DNA of 20,000 nucleotides from Patellaria atrata CBS 101060 (Eukaryota): NCBI GenBank assembly GCA_010093705.1, contig MU006112.1, positions 303,033 to 323,032 of the forward strand, read 5' to 3'. Shown piece by piece: positions 1 to 12,105 of this stretch (position 1 is its first letter; each line of letters starts with the position of its first letter). The notes under the pieces were generated by a model. It saw only the letters and a program-made list of their open reading frames with translations, ran no database searches and was not told where the DNA came from. The position numbers and the translations under genes were made by a program.

Positions 1-3000
1 CGGGCTGACGAGGTTGCGGAGGTATAGGGTATTTGCGCAGGTCTGAAGTGTGATTGTTAGCATACCGATTTCCACAGTGGAGTGATGGGGGTGTAAAACT
101 GACCTCGATCCTCGAAACCTGATGTTCCACAAAATTGAGCAAAAACCTATCTGTAATCTCGCCCCCTCTGTTCTTCAGCCTCTCTAGGAGAGCCGTCTCC
201 GGGGCCTTTAGACTCGTCGAACCGGGGCTTTCGAGCACGGAGCACAGCATCTCGAGCCGCAGACTGACGTTCCACAAATCCCACACGTTTTGCGTGTCGA
301 TCGTAAGTTGACTGTTAGGGGACTTGACGCCCACGCCACCGATGTCTTTATTGTCCTTCTCGGCCTCGGCGCGCTGTTGTTGTACCGCTAACCGACTTGC
401 CAGCGCATGCGGGTACATGAGATAGATATACTCTGGATTCTCCAATCCTTTGAGGCGGCGCTCACCAAGGTCCTTGACCTCGAAGCCCTGACTACTCAAC
501 GACCGGAGCTCACGACGGATAGAATTACTGATCATATCATCCGTGACGGTATCGTTCGAGTCCACGCTCCCCGAGCGGTCGCTTTCAATATGCGTCTCGA
601 GCAGCCTCTGAATCTCCGCAATGAAATCGCTTGAAACAGTGATCTGCCCACCATCCGCAACACTTGAAATCCTCGACGCTCTATTGACCATCGGGCCGAA
701 ATAATCCATGCGCTTCGTGACGGGGTCAACTTCGCACACCGGGCTCCCCCAGTGGATGCCCATTCTCACCGACAAGCCGCGGAAGATCACGTTGCCATCC
801 GCATCATGGACCTCCTGGCCATTGACACTGTTGAGAATTTCCTGTGGCCAGGGAACATCGAGAAGCTGCGATTGAATAGTGAAGCACCATAATAGTGCGG
901 AGGTGACGGTGGGGAAGGCCACCATGAAGGCGTCACCTTCGGTTTTGACTTCGTAGCCGCCGATGATGCGGAGTTGACGCCGCATGACTTCGTTGTGCAT
1001 CTTAATGGCCGATCTCATGGGCTGGGGATATGTCTCCCACAGAATGGTGGAGTTCTTAATATCTGTGAATACTAAGCTGACCTCGCCAGTCGGTGCATCG
1101 ACTTCTTGATCGAGTCTCGCGAGTCTCTGATCTGCGGGCGCATCTCTGCCCCTCTTTCGTCGAGAAGTGAAGAATTCATCTGGGGAGCCGGTGGGACCCA
1201 TGGACATGCTGTGGGTTCGGAAGCGAGCCTTTTCCCTACGTCTCAAATCGCTCACACCAACAATCATGACCATGATCTTGCTCGTCGCACCGAAAGCAAT
1301 AGCAAAGTCTCGTAGTTTCTGAGCGGCTCGCATAAGGTCGCCACGTTCAGAGCGTGCGACATCCACAGCAAAATCCGGAGTTAGATAATCCCAAAGCTCT
1401 CGAGAAGCGAGAAGGATCATCTCATCAGAGTCTGTGAGCGTGATTTGCGATACATGAGGTGCTGCAATTACGGCTGGAGACATCTGGAAATATCCAAACG
1501 CCCTGGATACTTCAAGAACATCATTTAGTTTTCCTTGTCGAGAAACGAATCCACCAGCCTCTCGGATACGTGCGCGCTCTCCAGATTCTGCTGGGTCGTG
1601 CTTGCGAGTAATGACGCTGTAATTCCCTTGAGTATGGATGAGGAGTCCCTGAGTATCGCCTACGTTTGACACGTAAAGATCCATCTCTTTTAGGAACAAA
1701 ACAGTAGCAACACTACCAGAATTCAGGTCATCTTCGGCTAGTTCCGGGAGAGTGTTGACGGATCCGCGGTGACTTTGAGCAACTGAATTATTCTTTTCAT
1801 TCATTTGCAAAGCCGCCGTTGCCAGATCCTTGTTGAGCCCAAGGTAAGTCCTCCGTAAAGCATCGGCAGCTGTTTCTTCATGGCGTAGCTTCTCTAGTTC
1901 ATCACTGAACCGATTCTTGAAATTCTCATATAGGTATTTCGCGATCTTCGATCCTCCGTTTGACAAAGCTTGCCCATCGAACATTCCAAAAAGCGACTCG
2001 TCGTCATGACTTCGGAATCGAGGGATAACTAAATCCATTGTCGAAAGATGCTCGTTACGTCCTAAGCTATCTGCCATTCCATATGACATGCTACCGATAG
2101 AGGAGCCCGCGGTACGGATTCTTCGATCCTCATATTGGTCCGGTACCGAAGAGACCATGAGAGTAACATCCATTAACCCTAAGATACGAAGATTCGTGAG
2201 TGACGTGAAATCGGTAAGATCCTTTCCCTCTCGTGCAGAGTTGTTGAAAGAACCACTTGGTGGCTTGATCTCCAATCTCTTGTTACCAGAAAGGTTTAGG
2301 TACTTGAGATTGTGGTTCCAATTCCAATTCCAATCATACGGCCAATTGGAGACATTGTATTTTAGCGAATTGCTTCCGACGTCTAGAACTGCTAATTTGG
2401 CTACTTTTCCGAGCTCTGCGGGTAGGACTTGAAACTTATTACTGTTGATGTGCAGTACTTTGAGTGAACTGACGTCCTCCAAGTCTTCAGCAGGTAAAGA
2501 GCTTAAATCATTACCGGATAGGTAAAGTTCTGAAAGGTTATGCCATCGACGTAGCGTACGAGAAGGAATCTCATAGAGGTTATTATAGGACAAATTTAGT
2601 ATCCGCAGCTCGTTAAGTAACGCTAGCTCATCGAAGACATCATCGGTAAGCCTATTGTCTGCGAGAAAGAGATGGCGCAAAGAGCCAGCAAAAGTACTTG
2701 CCGTCCGGTTCGAGAAGCTGGAATCCTTCCTTGTTATTGGGATTACAGTGCCTTCTGTCGGCGTTCGGACCACAGACGGTTTTCGACCACTAGCTCCGTA
2801 CGCTGAAGCGATAGATCCCTTTCGTTGGCTGCCTTGTGATGAGCCGCCCATAGACAGCATGCCAGAGCCGCCAGAAGCTTGACTTGGTCTACGAGCAGCA
2901 AAATCCTCGAGTCTTCCTAATTCATCCATACTCGGTCCATTAGTTCCAGGTGTCGATGCTGGCGTACCATCCAGATTGTTCAGATCTCCAGTCAGAGCCG

Positions 3001-6000
3001 GTCCCGGAGGGCCAGGTTTTGGAAATTCATCCAGGACGTTAGAAGATACATTCAACGTTTCCAGTCTCCGACAATACCATATATCGGGAGGTAAGGATTT
3101 GAGATTGTTCTCTCGAACGTCAAGATATCTCAACTCCACTAGGCGACCAACCTCCGCGGGAAGACTACTAAGAGAGTTGCGTACTATACTAAGGTGCTCC
3201 AGTCTAATAAGCCGTCCAGCATGCGGTGACAATTGTGTAAAATGGTTTTTATCCAAAATCAATTTAGTAACTCCCGTCATCTTGTGGAAAAGATCGTCCG
3301 GAAGCTGTACGAGCTTGGCCGATGCCAGATTAAGGAAAGAGAGAGTTGGAACAGGGCTAGTGAGTCCGAACCGAGTGACAGGATTGTGGTCTAAAGAAAG
3401 TAGACGAATCTTTGAAAAGGAGCCCTCGAACTGAGAGATAGAGTTATGTCCAATCATGAGTGACTCTAATTTCGGAAGCTGAGACATGACATCGATGTTA
3501 TCGATTGCGTTGAAACGGACATCTATTTCTCTCAGCTTCTCCAACTTACTAAGAGAAGCAGGGAATGATCCCGTCAGTTTGTTGTTCGTAGCCCAGAGCC
3601 TCTCCAGACTTTTCAGACTTCCGATCGTGGGTAGGCTGCTTATAGAGTTGAAACTAATATCTAATTCTACAAGTCCAGGAAGGTCGCCTAAGAAGTCGGG
3701 AAACTCTTGCAGTGAGTTTGACGATAAGACTAAACGTCTCAAATTCCTGTATTGGCCGAAGTAACTCGGAAGCCTATTCAGTCTATTATTCGCCAAATGC
3801 AAGCTAACCAGACTGTTGAGCTTCTGCAATTCAGCGTGTTCGAGTTGCTCAAGTCTGTTATTCGAGATATCCAGAACAGTCACCCGAGATGCTAGACTAA
3901 AGCTAGCAGGTAACCTCCACGCGTCATTACTGGTGTACTTTATTTCTCGAAGGTTTGTACACGCCTGGATAAAGTCCTTCGGAACATCGAGGGCTAGATT
4001 CCGAGACAAGTTCAATGAAATAATTTCCGTTGCTTTTTGGTAAAGAATTATCGGAATTGTCACGAGATTCCGCCCTTGTAGATCAATGTGACTGAATTTT
4101 TGCATCTTATTGAAGCCGGGATCCCGCTCAAGACTGGAATATCCGGTCAATTTTGCGGGCAGAAAGGTGAATCGGCAAAGGTAACTGTTGTCTTCTCGTC
4201 CGACATCTTCAATACGATCAGCTTCCGTGTATCCAGCTTGTTCTAACAGCCGTTTCTGAATCACTAGCGGCCTTTCCTGGGGTTCAAGTTGGCGTGACGT
4301 GTCATGCTTTCGCATCACGATATGGTAATTGTCTAGTTCATCCTGCAATAGAGTTTTCTTGCCAAGTGTCTGGATGATCTCAGCTACCGTGGTGTTCAAT
4401 CCAACGGAAAGAGTTGCAAAGGTTGAATCAGCCCGAAACACGCGAACACAATAGGGAGGCCCTGTGTTTGCTTCCTTCATAACTCCGCTACTCTCGTCTA
4501 GCTCTCGCATGCGGTTGAGATTATCTTGCCCAGCTCTTTTCACCGCCCAAGAATCAGGTGCATCCCATGCCGCCGTTGCAGGGTCCCTTTTCTCAGCTTC
4601 ATTAGCTTGTTCTTCAGTACTGGGCCAGCCATCAAATATTTCTTTTGTAGGAGGCGTCATGGGGGGCTGCTGTGTGTTAATGATACCTTCCATTCGAGAC
4701 AGATCGGTGTCTAGTCTCCACAGTGAGTCGTGGCCCACTGTATTTGCAATCGCTTCGTTGGGGTCTTTCCTTGCAGGTGGTTCGACATGTCCATGCTTGG
4801 AGGTTTTGGACGAGAAATGAATTCTGCCATGTTCGCGCTTTGAGGATTCCTTTGCGCCGGGTCCGTTACCACGATAACCCCCGTTACTATCGATTCCGTC
4901 CCGCTCTTTTCTCTTCCCGTGGCGTTGACCTGCATCCGGAGCTTTGAGGCCTTTGCCAGATTTCACTGACGGAGCAAGGGAGCCGGTTGACGATGGGAGC
5001 TCCTTCAGTGATTCATTTGGGGTACGCTCTTTATCCTTCGCCCGGCTTCGAATTTTATCGAAAATTGACCTTTTTCCATGCTCCGGCGCAATGGGGGACC
5101 TTTGCGTTACGGTATTCCGGCTCATTGCGCTGTTCAAACTCGGAGTTGGACTGGATGATCGTGGCAGGAGCGTGGACTTACTGCTCATAGCAGAGCTCAA
5201 TGAGGAGGGGAAATGCGGTTTGGTGCCATAGGAGGAATCCTCTCTTGATACAACAGGTCTACCTTGTGCACCTTGACCGTGGTCAACGCCTTTATTATCG
5301 TCCTTACTCCGATTGTGTCGATGACCAGGTAGATGAAGTTTGTGGTGATGCGAAGTCTTGGAAGATTTAATTGAATTATGGTCAGAAGCATAGCCATAGC
5401 GAGGACTATCATTTTGGGGTGGTTCCTGCATGCAGAGAATTAGAAGATGTCGGGAGAGCATACTTCCTAGGCATCGACGACTGAGACATGAATGTTGTTC
5501 GTTGCACGCGGAAAGCGCGTATCATCGAGCAGGTACACCCCTCAAACGATTGGAAAATCACACTTACCTTGTCTTGATACTCCCACGGGGTCACCTCGCT
5601 GGATGGTAGAGGGGTTCGTGGCCTTGATGAGGTGGGAGATGCCGGCCTGCTATCAATGTTGCTACTACCTAGCGTGTTGTTCAACGAATTATTTCTATTC
5701 CGAATCCGCTGCGATGAGTTCTCGGAGGTAGAGTACATGGCGTTTGGGGGCAGGCTAGTATCAGAGTTCTGACGAGAATCAGAGCCAGGGTAATCCTCAC
5801 CAAAGAAGCCTTGCAGTTTCTTGTGGAAATTCCGCCCTATGCTCGACTTCGAACCAGAACTACTGACTGTTGTCGCGCTCGCAACAGATGGCCGTCTATT
5901 GTCACCAGCGAATCCATTCTCATCAGTCTTAGCTGTGCCCGGACGGAAACCAGGAGACAATTGGCCCACATCTTCCGACGAGTCGTTATAAAAGCTGCCG

Positions 6001-6685
6001 ATACTGCCGAAAACGCTGGTCGGCATTACAGAGGTTCCGTTACCAGTAGCCCAAGGAGGTGTTGGAGACGTTGCCGTAGGAGGGTGACGCGAGATTGATG
6101 GTACTTTTGCTCCAGAGGTTTCGAGAACAGCCAAATCTTTGCGATAATTCCCAAAACCCGCAGTCTCCCAAGGAGCAATAACACTGGGCTTCGTATTGGG
6201 AAAAGGAACGGCCCTGTTAGGGGTAGTCGATCCTGGAGATATCTCGCTGTCTTTGTCGAGCCTGTCTCACGCCATTAGCCACCATTTAATTCGAAAAGGA
6301 AACACCGAGTCGCGCCACAAAATTCAGAAAGGGTGATCTTGCGCCAAATAACATCATCTACACTGCTCTGGAGGGTGTGTTCCTGGTCTCCACAGTTCCG
6401 CACAGGTATCTACACTGCGCGATTTGACCGCGATATGCGGCTACCCGATCCAAGGCGCAACCTCGCAGCATTCGGTAGACTGATAAAGCACCTTCTTTGT
6501 TGTGAACGCGCATAGCGACCAAGTGCCAAAAGAAATTGTTTCACATACTGTTTTTCTTTACTCGTCCTGACTTTTACGGGAGGCCGGATGCGTCCTGCGA
6601 TCGAAGCCCTCACAGTCTCACCCGACCTCCAGCTCTCAGAACTCTCACTAGATCCATGACGACCGAAATTCTCCTTCCTCGTCAT
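1..6685 (-). CDS. CYR1: Adenylate cyclase (fungal class III; G-alpha-binding, Ras-association, LRR, PP2C-like and cyclase domains), 3' end outside window
   Basis: Hand-spliced model complement(<1..42,104..5425,5568..6261,6549..6685), 2065 codons in window. Phase-compatible introns: 6262-6548 (GTATGT..GCTAAT..CAG), 5426-5567 (GTAAGT..CTAAT..CAG), 43-103 (GTCAGT..GCTAAC..CAG). Motifs read on the minus strand: EISP, IAPWE, YRKDLAVLE, SSEVTPW, HRHNRSKDD, WDAPDSWAVK (~4540-4575), RA domain YCVRVFRADSTFATLS (~4410-4455), many LRRs (~2150-4100), PP2C-like region (~1250-2100), cyclase motifs LVFTDIKNST, GYEVKTEGDAFMVAF and RMDYFGPMVNRASRI. Confidence 0.97.
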
Positions 6686-7995
6686 TATCGCCTAGCTATC
6701 TCCCTATACTGTATGCTCCGCGAGATGGGTTCCAAAGGGGGGGAGGGGCGGCCCGTCGAGGGTACGGCCGGGCGGGCGATTGACGACTCGGTTGAGGGAG
6801 CGTCAGAGAAGCGTTCGCCGCACAATAATCGGAGTAAACATCGGCCTGGTGGTAGGTCGCAAGATGGTTACGTATAGTATAACGAAAGAGATCTTGAATT
6901 CTTGTGGTTGGGGTCGAAGGTTGTTCGGCCTGTGCCAGCAGGGCTCTAGTGGTTCCAGTCGCTTTCAGTTCAGATGTGCCGGGAGGTGGTGCTGGCAGGT
7001 TTAGGTCAAGGACAAGGCTAGCCGAAACGAGACAGCTCGTGATCGTCTTTCCTCTTCTGTCTGCGCGATGTTGGTTGTTGGAGTACTGTATTAGAAATCC
7101 GCTATACTGTACAATTCAAAAGATGTTGGAGTATAAGGGATGGGCAATAATGCTATCGCTGGGATTAGTGAATCGCTGGGATGTTCTGCGGTTATTCAGC
7201 GTGAGTAGTTCTATGTAGTGGGAGATGAATCAAAAGCAGTTCAAAGCCTACGATCACGAGTTCTAGGCCCAAGTCTATGGTGCCCCCGTATCTTTATTAT
7301 CCTCCATGTCACCACTTTTGTCCGCCTTCTTGGCCATGATTACTTTCGCCACAAACCACTTCAGTCTGAACATCAATCCATCATCTCAAATACCTTATGG
7401 GTTTGGGATAAAATGGGATTCGGTATCTTCTTATAGACAGTTACTGATTTTAGCTACTGTTATCCCGAGAAATCTCTCCACATGTTTTGTCTCAGTTTTA
7501 TCCTCTGGCTTCAGAGTATAAAACAGTTTTCTATGTAAGATTGAGAGTAAGGTACTGTTTCCTTCAGCGCTCCTTTTCTCCGGTTCAGATTTACTTGGAA
7601 TATATTTCATCATGAAAGCCGAGGATAATGGAATTTCGTACATTGACAAGAGTTGTTGCATCAAACATAATCCGCGCTGTAAACCAAATATATGACTCGA
7701 AAAACTCAGAACCAGTCATCCAGATTTAGTCTCCTAGTTACACCAGATCGCGGCACCTACAGTACTGATAATACATGTTCAAGGAACCTTGAGGGCATGT
7801 ATGCATTCACATCAACGGGAGACGTGCAGGTCACTGCAGTGAGAGGAGCAGTCACGTCGCGGGGTGTATTCTTGAGGCCAATAGATGTTTCCAGGGCCGG
7901 ATCGGAAAGTAGAGCTACTATAATGACGAGGGGGATGAGAGAATGCCTTTTGTTAATGTTATTCGGACGTGTCACTTTTATCTGAAAAGAGTATT

Positions 7996-9636
7996 AAGGT
8001 TGCCGCTGATATATGTCATGCTTTTAGGGTCGACGAAGGTGGCCTATTCCGCACGACAATTTACCGTCCAAACCTGCGGCTTGTTGCAGAATCCACTCAG
8101 AATAAACAAGCGAAATATGAGAAGATCTTCGCCTTCTTAAGGAGAGATCCCGACGCCACGATCATTTATGTCACCCTTCAAGAACAAGCTGAATCACTTG
8201 CGGGTGATCTTGTTCAAAATGGGTTCAAGGCCGAACCATTTCATACAGGGCTGCAGACCAATATCAAGACGCAACTCCAAGAAGAGTTCATGCGGCGAGA
8301 TGATCTCGTTGTCGTAGCAACCATCGCCTTTGGCATGAGCATTGATAAAGCAGATATCCGCAATATTGTTCATCTTGATCTTCCATATAGCTTAGAAGGC
8401 TACAGTCAGGAGATAGGGAGAACTGGACGTGATGGGAAACTGAGTCAGTGTCTCTTCTACCTCTACCAGGAAGATTTCTATATCAAGGAGAACTTTGCGA
8501 GGGGCGACCTACCGTCTAGAACATCAGTCTATAATATCTTATCTAGCATTTTCAGTTCGCAAAATATAAATCGGAAGGTTGGCGAAACTATAGACTTTAG
8601 TCATTACCAGCAGTCACAAGAGTTGGATATCCGGGTAAGCAATTTTCTCCGCTTTTGTGCTCATAATCTTGCTCAGTCGCCTCTAATTATGTTCAAGTCT
8701 CTTCTTTAACGAGCTTGCTTCGATGAATTTCAGCTGACTCAACCAGCCTAATACACTGAGTATTTTAAACACCCAGTTAGAGCTTCATTGCGGACTCATT
8801 CGCGCTACGACAGCCACATTCTCCTCCTATTCATACATCAAAAAGCCTGCATATTACGATTTCTCGAGAAGTGAAAACTCCGCAGCGATGGGAGCTATCA
8901 ACACCTATTCTGTCGCTAAGATCAAATGGTGTCACATTGACGTTGAGCACACGGCTAGACTTCGTGGAATACCACGGGCCGACATAGTTCGAAAACTTCA
9001 GGATCTCAATGATCGTGATGCCATCGAGCTGAAGACATCTGGTGTAATAAACATCTATCGCATTCTTCAAGAACTCCCCAAAAACTCTAACCAGTTCAAT
9101 ACGATTACGAACGACCTATACGCACAAATACAAGAAAGAGAACAAAGGGATCTGGCCAGAGTACAGCAAGTCGTAGATCTTATTACTGGCCAGGAGTGCT
9201 ATTCTAGGCCGTTAGCTAAGCACTTTGGTGATGATCTACCGAATGGTAATACGAATTGTGGTCATTGTACTTGGTGTGAGACACATAAACGTGTCGTCAT
9301 ATACAAGACCCCAGTACTTCCAGTGAATTCGCATCCAGTTAAGGTATTACTAAAGAGTGTGCAAGCTCGAGAGGATTCACAATTTTTAGCAAGGATAGCT
9401 TTCGGGATTACTAGCCCCAGGTGGACTAATATGCGTTTGAAGGACAAAAGTGCCTTTGCCTCCATGGATGGATGTGATTTCCTGGTAAGTCACTTTGACC
9501 TTAGATGGAGGATGAAGCTAGAAATAATTAATTCTTCAAGGATCTACTCGACGTCTTCACATGGATTTGTGATAAAGATGAACATGAAACTTCGAAGGCT
9601 GTGGCGAGTATTTCGGCACGGAAGATCCGCACCTAG
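7996..9636 (+). pseudogene. recQ: 5'-truncated RecQ-family ATP-dependent DNA helicase (second RecA domain plus C-terminal Zn-binding region only)
   Basis: Exons ~7996..8634, 8747..9484 and 9541..9636 (introns GTAAGC..GCTGAC..CAG and GTAAGT..AAG, both phase 0; stop TAG 9634-9636). RecQ motifs: YRPNL, TIIYV, VVVATIAFGMSIDKADIR, YSQEIGRTGRDG, C..HFGD..CGHCTWC. Homology begins at KVAADIC, just after where motif III should be. I found no Walker A or DEAH motif upstream. The listed ORF start at 7969 is GTG, not ATG. Confidence 0.82.
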
Positions 9637-9736
9637 AAAAGGTGATGTGTGCGGTATTTACAACAAGCCATTATTTTGCGTCAAGATTTAACCGACGCAG
9701 AATCGTGCTTTGACGATTATTATACCATGTTATGGG

Positions 9737-9780
9737 ATTTACTCATACAATCAGATACATTTACTCATACAATAAGATAC
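9737..9780. repeat. 22-bp tandem duplication (2 copies, 1 mismatch)
   Basis: ATTTACTCATACAATCAGATAC (9737-9758) followed by ATTTACTCATACAATAAGATAC (9759-9780). Confidence 0.9.
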
Positions 9781-11087
9781 CTTGCTGGAAGATAGCAGCA
9801 CATACTCTTCGGTCACCGTACACTCGAATATATCCATGCAACAGTTATGTCTCCAAGTCATAATTGTTTTATGCATCGAGGAATCTACATCTAGAACAAA
9901 ATATGGCATTGTACCATATCAGCAGGGCAAGGTTTTCTGAGAGAAAACTGCGTCAAGTTTGGAGTCTAGCTAGTAGACGATTAGGAAGGGGAGCACGCGA
10001 TATAAGTAAATGGTATATAAGAGAAATTATGACTGCAAGCTGACTTATTCCTAGATCAATTTCAGGATGTTCGCCTTGGTATGTACAGTTACATTATGTA
10101 CTGCACCTTTAGTTATAGGGTTATGGCGGGTACTTTACGCTTCCTGATGATCAAGAAGCCGCTAATAGTGCATGCTAGTCGACTGATAGGGAGCACAGAT
10201 TCTCGTTGAAGTGGGAGATATTGTATAGAATAAAAAGATTGTTGATACGGACAGAATATAGTCACCGTCTGGACAGCGATACGTGCTCGCAACCGATGGA
10301 AGTTCCAAACTACATCTCTCTCTATTCGCTTTCGTACCTGCACCACGGTTGACTCGTATTTAACAAAGCCCGTTTTTCATTTCTTCGGCCTTATTTGATT
10401 TCCGAGAACCAGACGATTTTGCCACTTATCTATATGTACTTTGACCCCTTCTTATTCCAACGGCACTGGACCTCTAAGAAGACCATTCGATAAGAGTAAG
10501 ACGGCCACTGGAAGGAACAACCAACTCACGCATACCTATCCGAAACATGGTACGGTTTTATTATTGAAGCATCCGTTGCACCAAGCGTATTCAATATCAC
10601 AATACCAATTGATCACGTCGCTTCAAACCATCACTCATCGAGAGGCAAATCCATCGTTACTTCACCCAGTCTTCGTTAAGATCAGCAAAATAGTCAGGTA
10701 GCTATCTACGGCTATAAGATAGGTCTACACCTCAGCCTAGAACGACGCACGCTCATGTTAGAACCACTTAGCATCCTTGGCTAAACGCTTTTCTAAATTT
10801 CCATATATTAACAATGACTGATTTTTTTAATATTTTCCCTTTTTCATATTTTCGAAAGTGATCGTAGCACAGTTTCTATCGCAGTAGTCTTCATCACTTT
10901 CACACTCTCATTGACTAGACATCCAGAGTAGAGACCTTTTCCCCAAACGTCTGATAATCTTTGTAGTTGTATTTGTATAATTGGAAAGTCCTGTATTCTA
11001 GTCAATTTCCACTGTCCATTTATCGCACATCTTTAAAAAAAAAACATACTTTCTCGAAGTTCCCACTGGTTATTCAATCCACTTGCT

Positions 11088-11429
11088 CTACGGGCATCTG
11101 ACCACATATCGTGCCTTCCCGCCGAAATACCAAGACTGCCCTTGGATACAAGGGATCTTGTTTAGCAGCGTATCACCTTCATCGCAACCGTCGCTTCCGT
11201 AGATATACAGGTTGCATCTAGTATCCGTCGCGGAAACGACTTTGTAGCACGACTCGCCATGCGACTTGGAGCACTTATCCGACTCGTCTTGGTCGCCCAC
11301 CTTTTGGCTGTCGGAGCAGAGGGGCGTGAGAGGCGGAAAGTTTCTTTCATCTTTGATGCGGATGGCTTTGCAGCTTTGAGCGCTTGCAGAGGCAAGCAAT
11401 GTTGCTAGGGCGAGGAGAGTGATCTTCAT
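11088..11429 (-). CDS. Small secreted cysteine-rich protein (113 aa, 8 Cys), candidate effector, family unrecognised
   Basis: Intronless ATG..TAG ORF with good Kozak context (CAAGATG). Signal-peptide-like N-terminus MKITLLALATLLASASA|QS with an A-x-A cleavage site. Cys at 20, 38, 53, 61, 72, 82, 94 and 112. GC-richer than its flanks, with a TATA box ~100 bp upstream. Confidence 0.88.
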   Translation of the reverse strand: MKITLLALATLLASASAQSCKAIRIKDERNFPPLTPLCSDSQKVGDQDESDKCSKSHGESCYKVVSATDTRCNLYIYGSDGCDEGDTLLNKIPCIQGQSWYFGGKARYVVRCP

Positions 11430-11527
11430 CTTGCGATGCCTTGTTCGTTTGAAGGTTTGCAGTAGTTCTGAATAGTAAGACTTAAAGTCAATTGCGATTC
11501 TTCTCGAGACCCAGGCCAGTTCCCAGA

Positions 11528-11535
11528 TTTATATA
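11528..11535 (-). promoter_or_regulatory. TATA box of the small secreted protein gene
   Basis: TATATAAA on the minus strand, 99 bp upstream of the ATG at 11429. Confidence 0.6.
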
Positions 11536-12105
11536 CCAATGCTAACTACCTAGGTCATCGAGTCTAGAGCTCCCCCATCTTCATCTTTCTTGGGAGATGT
11601 AGTATTGCAGAGTACTTTTTCAAGATACTCGCCGTCTGCGGAGTTTCTCATTTATTCTCGGCCATTAAGTCAAAACGTCAACCTATCAGTCACCTTCTGC
11701 TTCAAGTAGAGATCACTACTACATTACTACATTTTTGTTTGCTCCCAAAGTGGAGTTGAGGGTTTAGCGTGGTTGCATTCGCTTTGGGAAGACTTCAGTT
11801 GGTTGGATAAAATAATGGTTCAATGCATGTTCGCCTATTTTGATATACGAAGGGATCTCGGTGTGAAAACGAAAACAATAAATGAAATTTGATGATAATA
11901 GTCTTTTTCATTGAGAAAGGAAACTCTATTCTGTGTAACAATTTGAATTGAGCACATTGAGTAGTAGTTCTATCTTCTACTACTTCCCTAGCCAATACCT
12001 TATGGATGCCGGTTTACTCTTGTGTCTAAACAAGCATTCTAGTTTCCTTGGTTTGCCACTTACACCCCTTAGACCGCGCACTGATCTGCAGCGGCGTATA
12101 GACCG

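Noticed and set aside
5426..5567. Possible 17-nt micro-exon inside adenylate cyclase intron 2 (internal CAG then GTATGC)
   Set aside because: It would shift the frame and leave a 38-nt intron. Direct splicing 5568 to 5425 already keeps the frame.
407..6098. Numerous plus-strand ORFs (60-152 aa) over the adenylate cyclase gene
   Set aside because: Antisense shadows of a long conserved coding exon; many start at TTG/GTG and show no recognisable motifs.
7218..7985. Short ORFs upstream of the RecQ fragment as the missing helicase exons or a separate gene
   Set aside because: I found no Walker A, DEAH or other recognisable motif in the listed ORFs or the frames I read.
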